From Lingula anatina (lineage: Eukaryota; Animalia; Brachiopoda), in NCBI GenBank assembly GCA_051362555.1, contig CM120643.1:26664848-26728847 (forward strand): a stretch of 64,000 nt of DNA, written 5' to 3'. How positions within the stretch are numbered: position 1 is the first letter of the stretch; each line of letters begins with the position of its first letter. Position numbers and translations under genes: made by a program. The notes beneath the pieces are model-generated. The model was not told where the DNA came from and ran no database searches. It saw nothing but the letters and a program-made list of their open reading frames with translations. This document shows, piece after piece, positions 48,548 through 61,745 of this stretch.

Positions 48548-50630
48548 TTAAAGTTTGAACCCAGAAAAGGTATTGTAAATTCTCGGACCACCTTGACCGT
48601 ATATAGTCGCAGTAGCTGCCAAATCCAGCCATACTGTATCCCCTTCCTTCAGCGGCACAATCACTTGGTTAGATGCCATATCATGAGGCCCGCCGTATGC
48701 ATGTACAGACACAAGGTTCTCAGTGTTCTTGTACATGCGTACCCATGAGAACCCACTGCCTGTAGAACTCACAGACATTGACAGAACATAGGTGCCTGAC
48801 TGTGGAGCTGTGAACTTAGAGGTCTGCTGGTTAAAGCCACCGCCTGTATTAGATAGTATGCGATCAAAGCTGATGATGGTGTCGACATTAAAAGGTCCCA
48901 TGGAGGTGGTCCTCATAACTGAGAAGGCCACAACCTTCGGGGTCACAGATGGGCATGAACACGTGCAGGAAATTTGGTCTGAAGCTATAAAGATGTATAT
49001 ATATTTATGTGTGAGATAATAAACTGTCACCCGAGCGACATATGCCATAACACCTCGAGCGTCAGCGAGAGGTGTTCATGGCATATATCGCGAGAGGGTG
49101 ACAGTGTATTATTTGACATACATACCGAGAACAAATATAGTAATTTCACCTTAAAACACCCCTAAAACCGAATAAAGTGACCCTATATCACGCTCTAAAG
49201 ATGTTATATGGAATAAACTCGTCCGCGTGCGCTGGTCACCTCCTGCCAAATTCTTATGTAATGTCTGACCAATTTGATCAATTTTTGCTAAATGCTTGTC
49301 GTTGACGATCAACTGGCTTGAAAAGTAATTAATCAACCGTCGACACTGGCCATGCGCGTCTCAGCTGAGCCTCACCTAGCTGGGACTGCTGCGGAATAAA
49401 AGGTCCCCAGACAAAACCTCTACTTTTTAGTGACATTTCTGATAAACAAACTAATTTTTCACAAGTGCAAAGCCAAAGGAGAAAGAAATCTACTTTTTGG
49501 TGATATTTCTGACAACGAGGAAGTTTCGGAATATAGTTAAAATCAGACGGATGTTTATTACAAGTTCACGGGAGTAAGAATTTTAGTTTTTATTGTTACT
49601 TCTGACGACGAGGCGGTTACGGAATATATTCAAAATCAAACGGATGTTAATTTCAAGTCCACAGGAGTAATAATTCTACGTTTTGGTGACATTTTTTTTT
49701 ACTACGAGGGTTTCGGAATATACATGTGCTGGTTTTCAGAGCATTCATGTGCTACATGTAATTACAAGTTCAAAGGGGGAATACATTTGATTTTTACCGA
49801 TATATCTGATAAAGAGGAAGAATGAACAGCTTAAAAACAAAAGGTGAATAACACAACCCTCGTTAAAAAGTTATAGATTTACAAATAATGTGTATGCACG
49901 TGTGGCTTAAATAAAAACGGGTTCCAGTTTTCAAACCATACCCAAATGATATGACTTAGTGTAATAAAATTATACATAATAATTGTTAAACGTGAAAAGG
50001 TTATGCTAATTTTTAAGAGTGTGAGAGATTTTAAATTGGTCTACTGCTAGGTATACAGTATAACGAAAGCAACGTCACTGTTCTCTTGATGCTAAGAAGG
50101 TCACATGATCACTCTGTCTTTAGCTTTCAGCATTTAAGAGACCTCGACTGATTTAACCAAGATGTAGTCGTGAATTCTAGACTACATCGAGGTTAAATCC
50201 GAGTTTTCCGAGAGACCGCAGAAATGTCGAGTGAAGCGAGACATCTTTGGGGTAGCGGCTCGAGGTTGCCCTCGATCTTCACTGAAGATTGGCTAAATGG
50301 ACAGGCTACAGTGATCATCATATCGCCACGGTCATATAACATCCCTAGGTATGTATACACATGTTTTAGGACCACTTCCTGCTTCATTTGGCTCAGGCTG
50401 AGTAAAAGATCATACGCATTAGTTTCATCGTGCAAGACAAATCTAAACTTTGATTCATTAGGGCCTATTTTAAAAGGGTGTGACTTGCATTTGGGGATAT
50501 AAGCACGGACAATCTATGTGTTCACTACTGCTTTTATAAAAGTAAAATATACACTACCTGCACATTCTCCATTGCCATATCCACTCAAAACCAGGCATAC
50601 AATACATATTGCTGCTTGTACTTCATACAT
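48548..50630 (-). CDS. Secreted globular C1q-domain protein (C1qDC, cerebellin-like, no collagen region), ~169 aa
   Basis: Exon 1 50630-50558 (signal peptide MYEVQAAICIVCLVLSGYGNG, phase 1) plus exon 2 48984-48548 (VAFSV...ISFDRILSNTGGGF...KFTAPQSGTY...LKEGDTVWL...TFSGFKL*); 510 nt in frame. Confidence 0.9.
49006..49985. mobile_element. Non-autonomous element with a long terminal hairpin and internal tandem repeats (possibly Crypton-like)
   Basis: Hairpin 49006-49124 (tatgtgtgagataataaactgtcaccc...gagcgtcagcgag...gggtgacagtgtattatttgacatacata); ~93-96-bp repeats at 49420-49825. Superfamily and right end are tentative. Confidence 0.45.
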
Positions 50631-52158
50631 CTTCAAATCTGATGTGAAAAGGGCCTGCTGTGCAAAGCGCTGGTTTTAGTTAAATACCTTGTATAACAGA
50701 TGCCCTGGTAATTTCAATCTGCTGTTCATGTGATTATTAAATGCCCTGAAGGATAAGCATGATTGGGTGTAACTTTATAGATGTGGCAATTTCCTAGAGA
50801 TTTATACGTGTACATCTGGATTTTATAATAAGCATTCTATAATAATACATAATATGATGTTAAAATACATTTCGTACATGCACTAGCCACATACATCTGC
50901 ATATACATAATACACAAGGTTACTTCCTAAACTGAGCATGGATATGCTCAACCTACAGTGTATAGCAGTACGTGTGCTGCACTCCTACGTCTCCAGTAAG
51001 GTCACAATAAAAGCGGACAGTGGTGCCCTCAATTGAGAGAATATTTCACTTACACGCCACCTACAGTTTAGTCCAATCAAAAAGGTGCATTTAACACAGA
51101 TAGACCGTGCAAAACCTGCAAAACCATTTTTTATTCGGTTTGCCCTTGGAGGTCACCATGAGATTACTGGAAACTTATTGAATCATTGTATTATTGCATC
51201 ATGCCTCTCCCTATTCCATTAACTGAATACAAATTTAAAGATGTAAACCTCTAGTGATATCTGAAACTCAGAGTGCTACTGGAAATGATACTGTAAAAGA
51301 GTTTGGTTTTTAATAATTTCTAAAACCCAGGGTGGTACTTGGACTTTGAAACCAACAACCTGTCTCGCCATACTGGTAGTGTTACCAATTCACAAATAGA
51401 CATTTTCTATAAACGTCCACACATTGATTCATATCTAACATTATAATCCTCCTATAATCCGTTACCCATGCTCTTCCAATGCGACGAAGACAACGACCCG
51501 ATGTCACGTTCTCAGACCGTCTTCGCGCTGAGACAGGGTGCATATCATGGAGTATTCCTGCAGAAGAAGAGTTACCGCTATAATGCTAAAAAAGAGTATT
51601 TTAAAAAAGTACTGGTACCCTGTGAGCTGATCTCCATTTTTGCTAATGGGGACAACACATCTGGATACTATCATATCAAAACCACGAGAGAATCACTAAC
51701 TGACAAAATTAACAATTCGGTTAACAAGCGGTTTCTCTATGAATACAGGAATGAGAGACGATATATATGTATGTATATATAAGACGTTTTACAAGCTATA
51801 GCAGCTAAATTCAGCAGCGCTAGGTGTTTTGTGTGTGTGTGTGTGTTTTTTTTTTTTGGGGGGGGGGGCTGCAAAAGTTAAATCCACAGCATGGCCAATT
51901 TCAAAAGCATGAAATCATCAGCATCAAGCTTTTTTGGGGGAGGGGGGGGGGGGGGTTGAAATGTATGCCCCACTTACCAAACTAATATACTCTGTATTTT
52001 TTCAATTTGAAAGAAATAGATGCAAAACACTGAAATAAGAACCGACTGCGGTCGTCAAACATTTTAATATTGCCTGAACAATCCCTCTGACGCTGGTGTC
52101 ATCGCTAAACAGCGTGGTTATCTGCTGTATTATATATGTATATATAACCCATTTAATT

Positions 52159-52362
52159 ATGTCATCAAAACAGGATCTACTCTGACACGTTATGTACTAG
52201 TACTTGGAATCAAACAAAATAACGTTCATTTTCCCGGTTGCTAACTTCCTGCTTTCCACTTCAATAATGTCATCAAAACAAGATCTGCTATGACACATGC
52301 TGGTACTTGGAATCATGCAGAATCATCACCTCCCGGTCTCCCCCGTTACTAACTTCCTGCAT
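52159..52362 (+). repeat. Two-copy ~108-bp tandem duplication
   Basis: 'atgtcatcaaaaca.gatct.ct.tgacac...tacttggaatca...ctaacttcctgc' occurs twice. Confidence 0.7.
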
Positions 52363-52840
52363 TGTCTTTCATAATGTTTATTAGCGAAACAGTTAAACTT
52401 CTTGTGCACTTCCAAGTCTATAGCTTATTAATATATTCATAATATTCTGGTTTCTTATATTTAAAAAGATATTCATGCTTGCTTTTTTTTCGATGAAACA
52501 GTCGGATTGCTTGGCGTTAAAACGCTTAAGCAAATAAAGGAACATAATATTAATAAAAACATTGTTGCCTTAAGCAATGATTTTCTTAAAAACCGACGGC
52601 ATGCACGCAGAAAAGGGACAAAAAATGGGTTTATTTTCACTGTAAATGGCGTTTATACATTCAACGAAAACGATAACATGATCAGTTTAAGTTATAAACG
52701 AAAACTTAGTTATTTAGGCGTTGCCTTGCTTTAAGGATACTGTAAGTGTTTATTATCATCCAGATGCCGAAAATGAGGGTTTTCCTGTCCCTAATTATTC
52801 AATAATGCATCTACCTTTGTGCTGACTTAAAGTATAAAAA

Positions 52841-52894
<54 letters not shown>

Positions 52895-53120
52895 TTAAAA
52901 ATATCCCTGAACAAGATTTTATCACGAAAATTGGCATAGTTGACCACAAGTGTATGAGCTTCAATCTGGTGCCGTCATTTTGGTTTAAATGCTTTTATTT
53001 TGGAGTTACATGTATGAGCCACTACTTGCAGATTTTCATTAAGATATGCATTATTTTGTAAATATCAAAACGATAAAATCTGAACCAAGGCCTTTAGGAA
53101 AAGCCGCTGGCAGTGTTTTA

Positions 53121-53346
53121 GGGTGCTTTCCCAGAGATTTAGATCGATCTAAAGATTAAGTTTAAGATCGACCTAACTCCCTGGGGGTTCACGCTAAATT
53201 GCAGTCAGCCGAGCGGGCACCATAGTTAATTACCCCCTTACAGCTTTTAGTAGACGGGACAGACGCTTAAGCCGGCCAAGCTGACAGTAATCTAGTGAGA
53301 CTCCCCACAGGGATAGATCGATCTAAAAATCTATGGAAATGGGGTG
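53121..53346. mobile_element. MITE with TTA TSD, same family as 8658-8872
   Basis: tta|gggtgctttcccagagatttagatcgatcta...tagatcgatctaaaaatctatggaaatggggtg|tta. Confidence 0.7.
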
Positions 53347-53358
53347 TTAGAGTACTTA

Positions 53359-54132
53359 GACCGCATTCACAACGATTGAGCCAGGCTTTACAAATCCTGG
53401 GGACTAAATATGGCAGACGTACATGAAAGAAAAACCGCCTAATCTTTTAATAGTCTATCCGCCTCTCACACGCCTCCCCACGCGTCGTCCCTGCTGGGGG
53501 ACAGTCATTACATCTCGGCTCCGTTCGCCATGCGGAAGCTACCTGAGAAATATTAAGTGCGCATGCTCATCAATTTAACTCGCGGTGAAGAAAGCATGGC
53601 GGATGGAGGCAATCGAAGGAAAAAAGCTCTTCTGTTCTATTATCTTTCAAAAAGGAGACGAAAAAGAAATTAATTGGCCCGTAGAGCAGCAATGAATCGG
53701 CTATCTACGGAGATAATGTCACCAGAGATATTCACGGAGATATTCACGGAGATACCCAGCCCCAGTAGACGGAGGAGGAGGAGGGCAGAATTTTTGCGTA
53801 TGCAGTGTCGTCAGAGGGCGCAGTTCCTTCTGATGCAGATGCTGGCCTTGTTCCCTACGCCTGATCGAACTGGAAGGGGTGGGGGTGTGTTTACGATTTT
53901 GATCCCGATTCATAGCTGCTCTACGAGCCAATTCCTTTCTTTTTCTCAGGTAGCTTCCACATAGCGAACGGAGCCGAGATTTAATTACTGTACCCCGCAG
54001 GGACGACGTGTGTGGAGGCGTGTGAGAGGCGGAGAGACTATAAAAAGATTAGGCGGTTTTTCTTTCATGTACGTCCGCCATATTTAGTTCCCAGGATTTG
54101 TAAAGCCTGGCTCAATCGTTGTGAATGCGGTC
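53359..54132. mobile_element. Non-autonomous PIF/Harbinger-like element with long TIRs
   Basis: TTA|gaccgcattcacaacgattgagccaggctttacaaatcctgg ... ccaggatttgtaaagcctggctcaatcgttgtgaatgcggtc|TTA; arms of roughly 190 bp. Confidence 0.85.
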
Positions 54133-55046
54133 TTAGTGGCGTCATAAAATTGGTGTTCGTGGTGCTCAGGTAAAAGAAAAATATGAAAGAAAAAAAAACG
54201 ATTTTTCAGTTTTTACCGCCAAAACACTCGTTAAATGGCGTGTGTAAATATTAATCAATTTAGTCAATGAACATTTAAGATTTATCTGCTATCCAAAAGA
54301 ATGCACAGTGTATGTAAGGCAGTAAATAACGCCTACAATATCCTTAAATAAAGGAAAAGGAGTGTATGTTGTAAAAGTTTCGAATTCGAGGACGGATCTT
54401 TTTAAAGAAAGGATATTGTTGTAAAGTTAATGGCTTACATCTTCACTTATTGCAAGCGGAATCAAATAAGTAAAATCCTAGAGAGTTATTGAGTGCAAGT
54501 TGAACTTCTTTATGAGTCAACAAGTGTGGGAATTGTTTTCGTGTAAGAAAAATATAGAAAATGTTACAGCCACATATTATTTCATTGATTGGTCAATTTC
54601 TTCGATGGAAGTATGTTGTAATTCTTCGTATGTTGTAATTCAAATAATATTTCAGATTTCTAATTATAAACAAGGCTCTTAGAGATTGCCTAATAAGGGA
54701 ACACTGAACTGTAGTATGACAAATCAGAATGGAATATTCCGGTAATCAAACAAAAGGGAATATAACGAAAACGAGTAAAGGTGTGACCGGAACGGAGAGA
54801 AGAGTATAAACACTGTTGAATTTGTACCAAAAATCATCAGTAGCTGAATAAATATTTGAAAGATCCATCTCGGCGTCGTCGTCACGATAAAAAACAGCCC
54901 AACTACGGCAGGTTGAACGCAGAACCGTCGAGTCACGTCACAGTAATCCGATTGACCCCAGACATATCACCGATAAGAACCGACTGTTACCGAGCGCACC
55001 TGTTCCAAGACAGCCCCATTACGGTACCAAATCCTCCAAGAACAAG

Positions 55047-57248
55047 ATGGTAGTGTTGAAGGTGCTCGCTCTGGCGTGTGTCCTGGCGCTGACCAGGAGC
55101 TCGCCGGTGTCCACTGGGGTCAAAGTACGCTTTGATGGGTGAGTTGTGAAAATGTTCTATTATTTTTTACAATATCTAATTTTCTTCATTGAGAAAGATT
55201 CGAGTTATCTGACTAATTTATCTCACCAAAACTTTATTTTATTGCTCTCTACCAGAGGCCAGGGATGCCTCTGGTAGAGAGTAATTAAGCAAAGTTTTGG
55301 TGTCCATCTCGAAGGACAAAGACATTTGCAAAGTTATTGAATAGTCATAATAATATCCTCGAATACCTAGATAAGAACATTTCTATCATTTTCTTTTATA
55401 ATTCTAGTAATATGTAAATGTATATTATGATATGAAATGTGCTATCGACACGTTTATGATAACTTTACACACATGAAACAATAAGATAACTCTGGCAATA
55501 TAAACAAATCATTCCCACTTTATTGGTGTTGTAAATTCTTAATTTTAATTGTATTTGGAGGGAAAGCGGTGGCATATAGGTCTACATTTGAACACAGGCA
55601 AGATTTTATAATGTTTTAATTGTAATTCAAAATTTCATGTTGTGGAAGTCGCACCTTGGTTTTTATCTCTTGGGGGCAGGATCAAGGGTAGCGCCTGGCG
55701 TTTTTCACATGCAACGTGGTCTAGGTCTCAAATCTAAGAATAAAGGGGCCAAACACTGCCATATTGAATTTTTTTTCAAAACTTGGCTTTGACAATGATA
55801 AGACGCTATTACTGAATTACACCAATCACAGTACGCAGTGTTTCCTTATTTTAAACATTAAATTCTTCAGTTGTTCTTTCTTAGGCAATTTTTCTTCTCT
55901 CCAATATTTCGTCTGGTGTATAGTACCAGTTGTCATACTTGTTCAACAACTTGAAGATGGGAGATGAAGGGGAATTTACAGTTGGGAGAAGGAGAAGGGA
56001 AGGGGGCTCACCACTAAGAAAGTGAACAAATACTGTAGTTGGCCTAGTATACCGGATTAGTCCCCAAGCCCCATAAGCTGTGTTAACAAGTCTTACCGAC
56101 CATTGCGCAATAGACGAGTATACCGGTAGTAGTCCGCCTGTGCCTTCGTCTTTTATAAGTCAAAACCGCAAACGTTTCTCCAATACATTTTGGATTTTAA
56201 AAAAAGGAACCAAGTAAGACTAACGAGCAGGCTCCTACGGACCATAGTATTGTATTACTTTTAACAAAAAAGGTAGCACATACAATTATGTGTAGTAAAC
56301 AAATTGTTGCTTACCGGTATTTAATACCCTTTTAGGCACAAATTATTCCGACTGCATCCCACAAATGAAGACCACATTCACTTGATACAGCAGCTGCTTG
56401 ACAACCCGGACATCGGGGTAAGATTGGTCGGCTTGAGGGGGCGTTAACACATATTCAAGTGGTACTGTAGTAATATTTTAATGCAAAAATAATCAAAGAC
56501 AGTATCTCTAGAGACGAGAATAAGTTTTAATTCATATAATTAACATTTAAATACTATTGTGGGTTATAGCCTATTCTTTTCAAATAAGTCATCTGGCATT
56601 CTTTTATGAATTCATTTACTTATTATTTGCCTAGCAGCTGTCATTTTAGCTCTAAAAGCCCGACAGAAAAGTATTTGGGAAGCCTTTCTCGCTCTCATTG
56701 TGAGCAAACATCAGTGGGAAGCTTTACGATTGTTACATTCTCTGTATCTGCGTCATAGGTCACTTGCTTTTGAAGCATATCCGAAAAAGTCTATACAGTT
56801 AGGAACAACCATGATTGCTGTTAGAGCATTATTCAATAAACTGATTCAGCCGAAATGCCCGATTGACATCTGACTGTCCATGAGTGAACATTCTGAAAAA
56901 GAAAACTGCCAATTATATTTAATAATTTAAAGAGGTTTAAGCATTGAAATATTTAAAGACGAAAGATCCAATTATACGTACAATGTACATAACCATGACA
57001 ACGGATAACATTTCCACCCAATCACGATATTTACAGTTGATAGTATATAATGGAGTATTGAATATTGAAGCGTTTGATTTAATTCAGCATTTTATTTTGA
57101 GTAGTTGGACTTCTGGACAGAGGGGGTGGCTATGAATAGACCAGTAGATGTCCGAGTGCCGCCCTACGACCTGAAGGACCTGTTGTCCCTGCTAGAGGAA
57201 CAGGAGATGAAGTATGAAGTACTGAAGGAGAACCTGCAGGAGTAAGAA

Positions 57249-57285
<37 letters not shown>

Positions 57286-57416
57286 GCACGCACGCACACA
57301 CACACACACACACACACATAGGCACAGACACACACACACTTTTCAAGCTCTCTCTCTCTCTCACACACACGCACGCACACACACACACACACACACACAG
57401 GCACAGACACACTTTT

Positions 57417-57473
<57 letters not shown>

Positions 57474-60400
57474 ACAAACGCGCGCGCACAGGGCGATAAC
57501 GACATTCTTAGGGCCTTTTTCCCTGTCAAAGCGCACAACTTTCGAATTAAATGCATCACTTCCCATTACCAAACGCCGTGTTTCCAACCAACAGAGATAT
57601 TGACAAGGAAGAAGAGAGCAATCACCATGAACGAAAGCGCCGTCAGCAAATCACCTCAGAATGGATCATCCACATATGCACGTCTGCTAACCCACCCCTG
57701 TGGTGCAGTAATTTTGGCAGTTTCACCACCGCGCCCCCTCACGTGGTGAGCCAGTGGGATATCGTTGGGACGTACGCTACATTTGAACAGGTAAATCGGC
57801 GCGAGGTTGAGGCATTAATTTCACCTGATTTTACCAGTAGAAGCTTAATTTTCTAAAATTTTGTTCGGATTTTTGACACCTGCAATACTGTACAGTAGTT
57901 CTACATTTCAAATGGTGTAGATCGATGCAAACGGTCCTTATTTCCAATAAGCAGATAAAAAATAAATAGATTTACATGTAGATAGATAAAAATAATGAGA
58001 TCGATAGATACATAAGGGCAAAAAGAAAATAATCATACAGGCAAAACTTTATAAATAGTTAAAACCAAATGAGGCGTCGAAAGAGCTTTAAAATGTTGTA
58101 ACATACCTTTAAGACAATAGTAAATTCAAGTTAGTATATATTGTTTGTGATCTTGTGAACCATTCTTGTATTCCACTGCAGGTGAACACGTGGTTGGCCA
58201 GTAAAGCTTCCCAGCACAGCACCATTGCCTCCCTGGAGAGTATCGGCAAGACGTACGAAGGCAGAGATATGAAAGTTTTGAAGGCAAGAATTCATACCCG
58301 TGTTCATTTCCAAATCCCATTTATTCATTTGCGGATCATATTTGTATATACATACATATCTAGAGGTGACAAGTCATTATTCTAGCCTTATATGATATGC
58401 TTATCTTTTGAAAATTTATTATACAAAAACTACTAACGGTAAGATAAATAGTTTTGAAACTACTATGAAACATTTTCATAGTAATGAAAAATTATTATAC
58501 AAAAACTACTAAGATTAACATTTTCATAATATATAATGATAAATAATTAAACATGCGTGCATTAAACTTCTGTTATTTTATAAAAATATCTGAAACTTTT
58601 CACCTGTTCATTTAAGATCGGAGAGGCCGCTAACAAACCCGCTATCTGGATAGATGCCGCACTCCACGCCAGAGAATGGATCGCCTCAGCCACCCTGATT
58701 TACATCGCCGATCAGGTACACAATATATATTACATTATAAAAGACAGCATAGGAAATCTCTGTCCAAAGTAATTGTGCACAGCTTCGAAAAAAAAAGTAA
58801 ATACAAGTAGAATAGACTAAAACATTGATACACGGAGTTTACGCATTAATTAAAGCGGTGTTTTGGCGAAAGATGCTCTTTTTTCAGTTAGGAAGATTTT
58901 GTGTCCGTGTAGGATAAATGGGGCCATCTCAAAATATGGGCAATTTTTTCACATTTTGTAAACTTTTATAGGGAAAATTTCAGAATTGCTTTCTTTTCAG
59001 CTACTCAATGAATACAGTTCCAACGCCAACATAAACAAGTTTACGTGGTATATTTTACCGATTGCTAACCCAGACGGATACGAATACAGCTATAATTATG
59101 TAAGTTTCATGAATATAAAAATATATTTAAACTCTTGATTTGTCAATTAATATGTTCTTCGAAGGGAACAGTGACTAAACCACTGAAATATGTATGCCTT
59201 AACATAAAAAATCTTTTTGTAGGATAAATGCATATGATATGTACATAAACCGAAATGGTAGTGTTTGTTGTCTAAAGAAGCAACTTGGATTTTATTTTTC
59301 AAAATAAGGTCAATTTAGTTTAAATTGCATTACCTTATTTTCAGAACCGGTTCTGGCGTAAAACTCGTACCAGAAACGCCGCGGACTACAGGGGGACGTG
59401 CCCCGGGGTGGACCCGAACAGAAACTGGGGATTCCATTTTGGAGGTAGCGTTCAAATAGGACGCATTTTTTCTTAGATTTGAACTATTTAATGAGTGTAA
59501 AAAGTTGTACTGCCCTCTTTATATCAATAATTTAACTAAAACAGGTGCATTGTTTTATCTTGAAATTCCAGCTTGGAGATAACATTTCAATGCTCTTTCC
59601 ATGTTCTTTCAACAGTTTAGTTCATCAGCTCTTTGTGCTGCTCTGTTCTTGTACATATCGAATGGCGATGATGTTCAAGTCATTTCTATACTACAGTGGC
59701 TGTCAAAATTGCAGCTACTGATGCTAGCTCACGCTTTCACACTGAGCCAGATGAGTATAATTTCAAGAAAAAAATTACGCAAAATTACATGTATGAAACC
59801 TCTCAAAGTGTACCGGTACAAATGTACCGATAAAGTATACAGCTTTATTTGAAAATGGTCCTATCTATAAAAACAATTCAGTGTTTTTCATCCCCGTTAT
59901 ACCTGTCGTGTTCCAGAGGCCGGTACCAGCAACAACCCCTGCTCAGACATCTACCGCGGAGAAACCGCCTTCTCAGAGAAGTGTGTCTTCAACATGAAGA
60001 CGTTCTTGTACAACAAGAGGAAGCAGATCAAGGTGTACATTTCCTTCCATTCCTACGGCCAGATGTTCATGACTCCATGGGGGTACACACACACATCTGC
60101 TCCTTCCGACATTCGTGAACTGGTAGGTAGTCATTTCTTCAGTACTCTTTTAGCCCTTTTGCTCTTTTTCACATGCATCAGATACGCTTTTACCTGGGTA
60201 AAAATGATCTAAACAGACACAATCAAATGTTAATCAAAATATTTTGGCTTTTTAACTTCTTCGACAACTTCAACTGTTATCTTGTGAATAATATCAAACA
60301 CAACTAGAGATGTCCAAAAGCCAGATCCTGACTGACTTCTGGGGCTTTTCACATAAAAGGGATGTAATTTTATTTTCTAAGAACGGCACTAGCAAAAACT

Positions 60401-61154
60401 ACCTGGTCGCCATTTTTTTCCTTTTTATTTCAGACGAGGGTGGCAAACTTAGCTAAAACGGCCATCAAAAATGTGAACGGAAAAAGTTACAGTGTCGGAT
60501 CACCCGGAAGTCTTCTGTGTATGTAAACATTTATTATTTATTATTTCAGTATATTTTTCATATTTTACTAGAACAAAGACTTAATCTAGCATACATGTGC
60601 TCGTCTAAAGTGCAATTTCGTCACATTTCACTGTTGCCATAAAGAAGTGGGTCGCCCAATTATATAATGGCTATACATTCTTCATTCCGTAAATTTATCC
60701 TGAAAGTCTTCAGTTAATTTTATATTGAAATACTATGATTCACAGTAAATACTGTTAGTTTTTAAAAATACTTCTTAGGGCCAAAGTACTGTACTTGATA
60801 CATGTATTGTGAATATCATAAAAACACACTACTTTGTGACAGCGAGAAAAACGATGTTGATGAAAACGCTTACTGAAGTGTCGATGTTAGGTGTTCAATA
60901 TTTCGTTACATAGCAATAGCTATAATCTCTATTTTTAAATCATTCTGTATATCGCTTTACAAGCAGACGATGCAGCCGGTGGGTCTTTCGACTGGGCGAA
61001 AGGTGTCGCTGGCATCAAGTACGCGTACACACTGGAGCTGCGACCGGCTGATAACACCTCTGGAGGTTTTGCCATCCCTGCCTCTGAGATCTTGCCCACT
61101 GGGAGAGAGACTTACGCCGCCGTCAAGGAGGTAGCCAAACGGGTGACCGTCTAA
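55047..61154 (+). CDS. Zinc metallocarboxypeptidase, M14A (carboxypeptidase A/B-like) preproenzyme, ~461 aa
   Basis: Exons 55047-55138, 56336-56417, 57105-57241, 57595-57790, 58182-58283 (GC donor), 58617-58715, 59001-59099, 59345-59444, 59917-60122, 60434-60518, 60967-61154; 1386 nt in frame. Signal peptide; prodomain LDFW; [39 protein letters not shown]. Confidence 0.93.
57252..57486. repeat. Compound (CT)n(CA)n microsatellite repeated three times
   Basis: Three CT/CA blocks separated by 'aggcacagacac...cttttcaag'. Confidence 0.85.
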
Positions 61155-61671
61155 TGAAGCCGAATGTGTCTCGATATGTTTAATAATTCTGCGTCTTGAT
61201 TTAAAGTTTGAACGTTTTACTTTCTTCACGAAATTTAAGGTATACCTCAGGAAGATGACACTCCGTGACCTTCCTCAGTGTCTGTTATCGTGAGACTTAA
61301 AGTAGAAAGTGAAAAGTTATAACTTAGGAACATTATCAAAAGACTACACATAAAAATGAATTTCCACCTGAATACTGCGTCTTGAGTGTTTGAAATTAAA
61401 AGCATTAAAGGTGATACCTGATTATCCTGTTCGAATATTGCTTCCAAGATTATTTTTGTCTTTTTTAGGGATCTGGATTTTAAGAAATAACATACCTGTT
61501 AAAGTTAAGTGGGTGGGTTGATTTTGTATTGGTTTATATTGGGTGGACAAAAACCGTCCCGATTTTTGACGATATTTCTCAAAACCCTATCCACCGTAAT
61601 TCAATCAAACTTCGTTGATACATTAAAGTTCAAATGGAAACTTTCTACCTTCTCAGTGAGAAAGCCATTTT

Positions 61672-61673
<2 letters not shown>

Positions 61674-61740
<67 letters not shown>
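61674..61740. repeat. (TA)n microsatellite (others at ~2074-2113 and ~4564-4613)
   Basis: Direct inspection. Confidence 0.9.

Positions 61741-61745
<5 letters not shown>

Noticed and set aside
49420-49825. ~95-bp repeat array as CRISPR or as an exon
   Set aside because: Whole units are repeated and degenerate with stops; they lie inside a repeat element in an intron.
51468-51782. 104-aa ATG-started ORF
   Set aside because: No recognisable motif, splice context or composition bias supporting coding.
57164-57587. ORFs with CVCVCV/ERERER tracts
   Set aside because: Translations of microsatellite.
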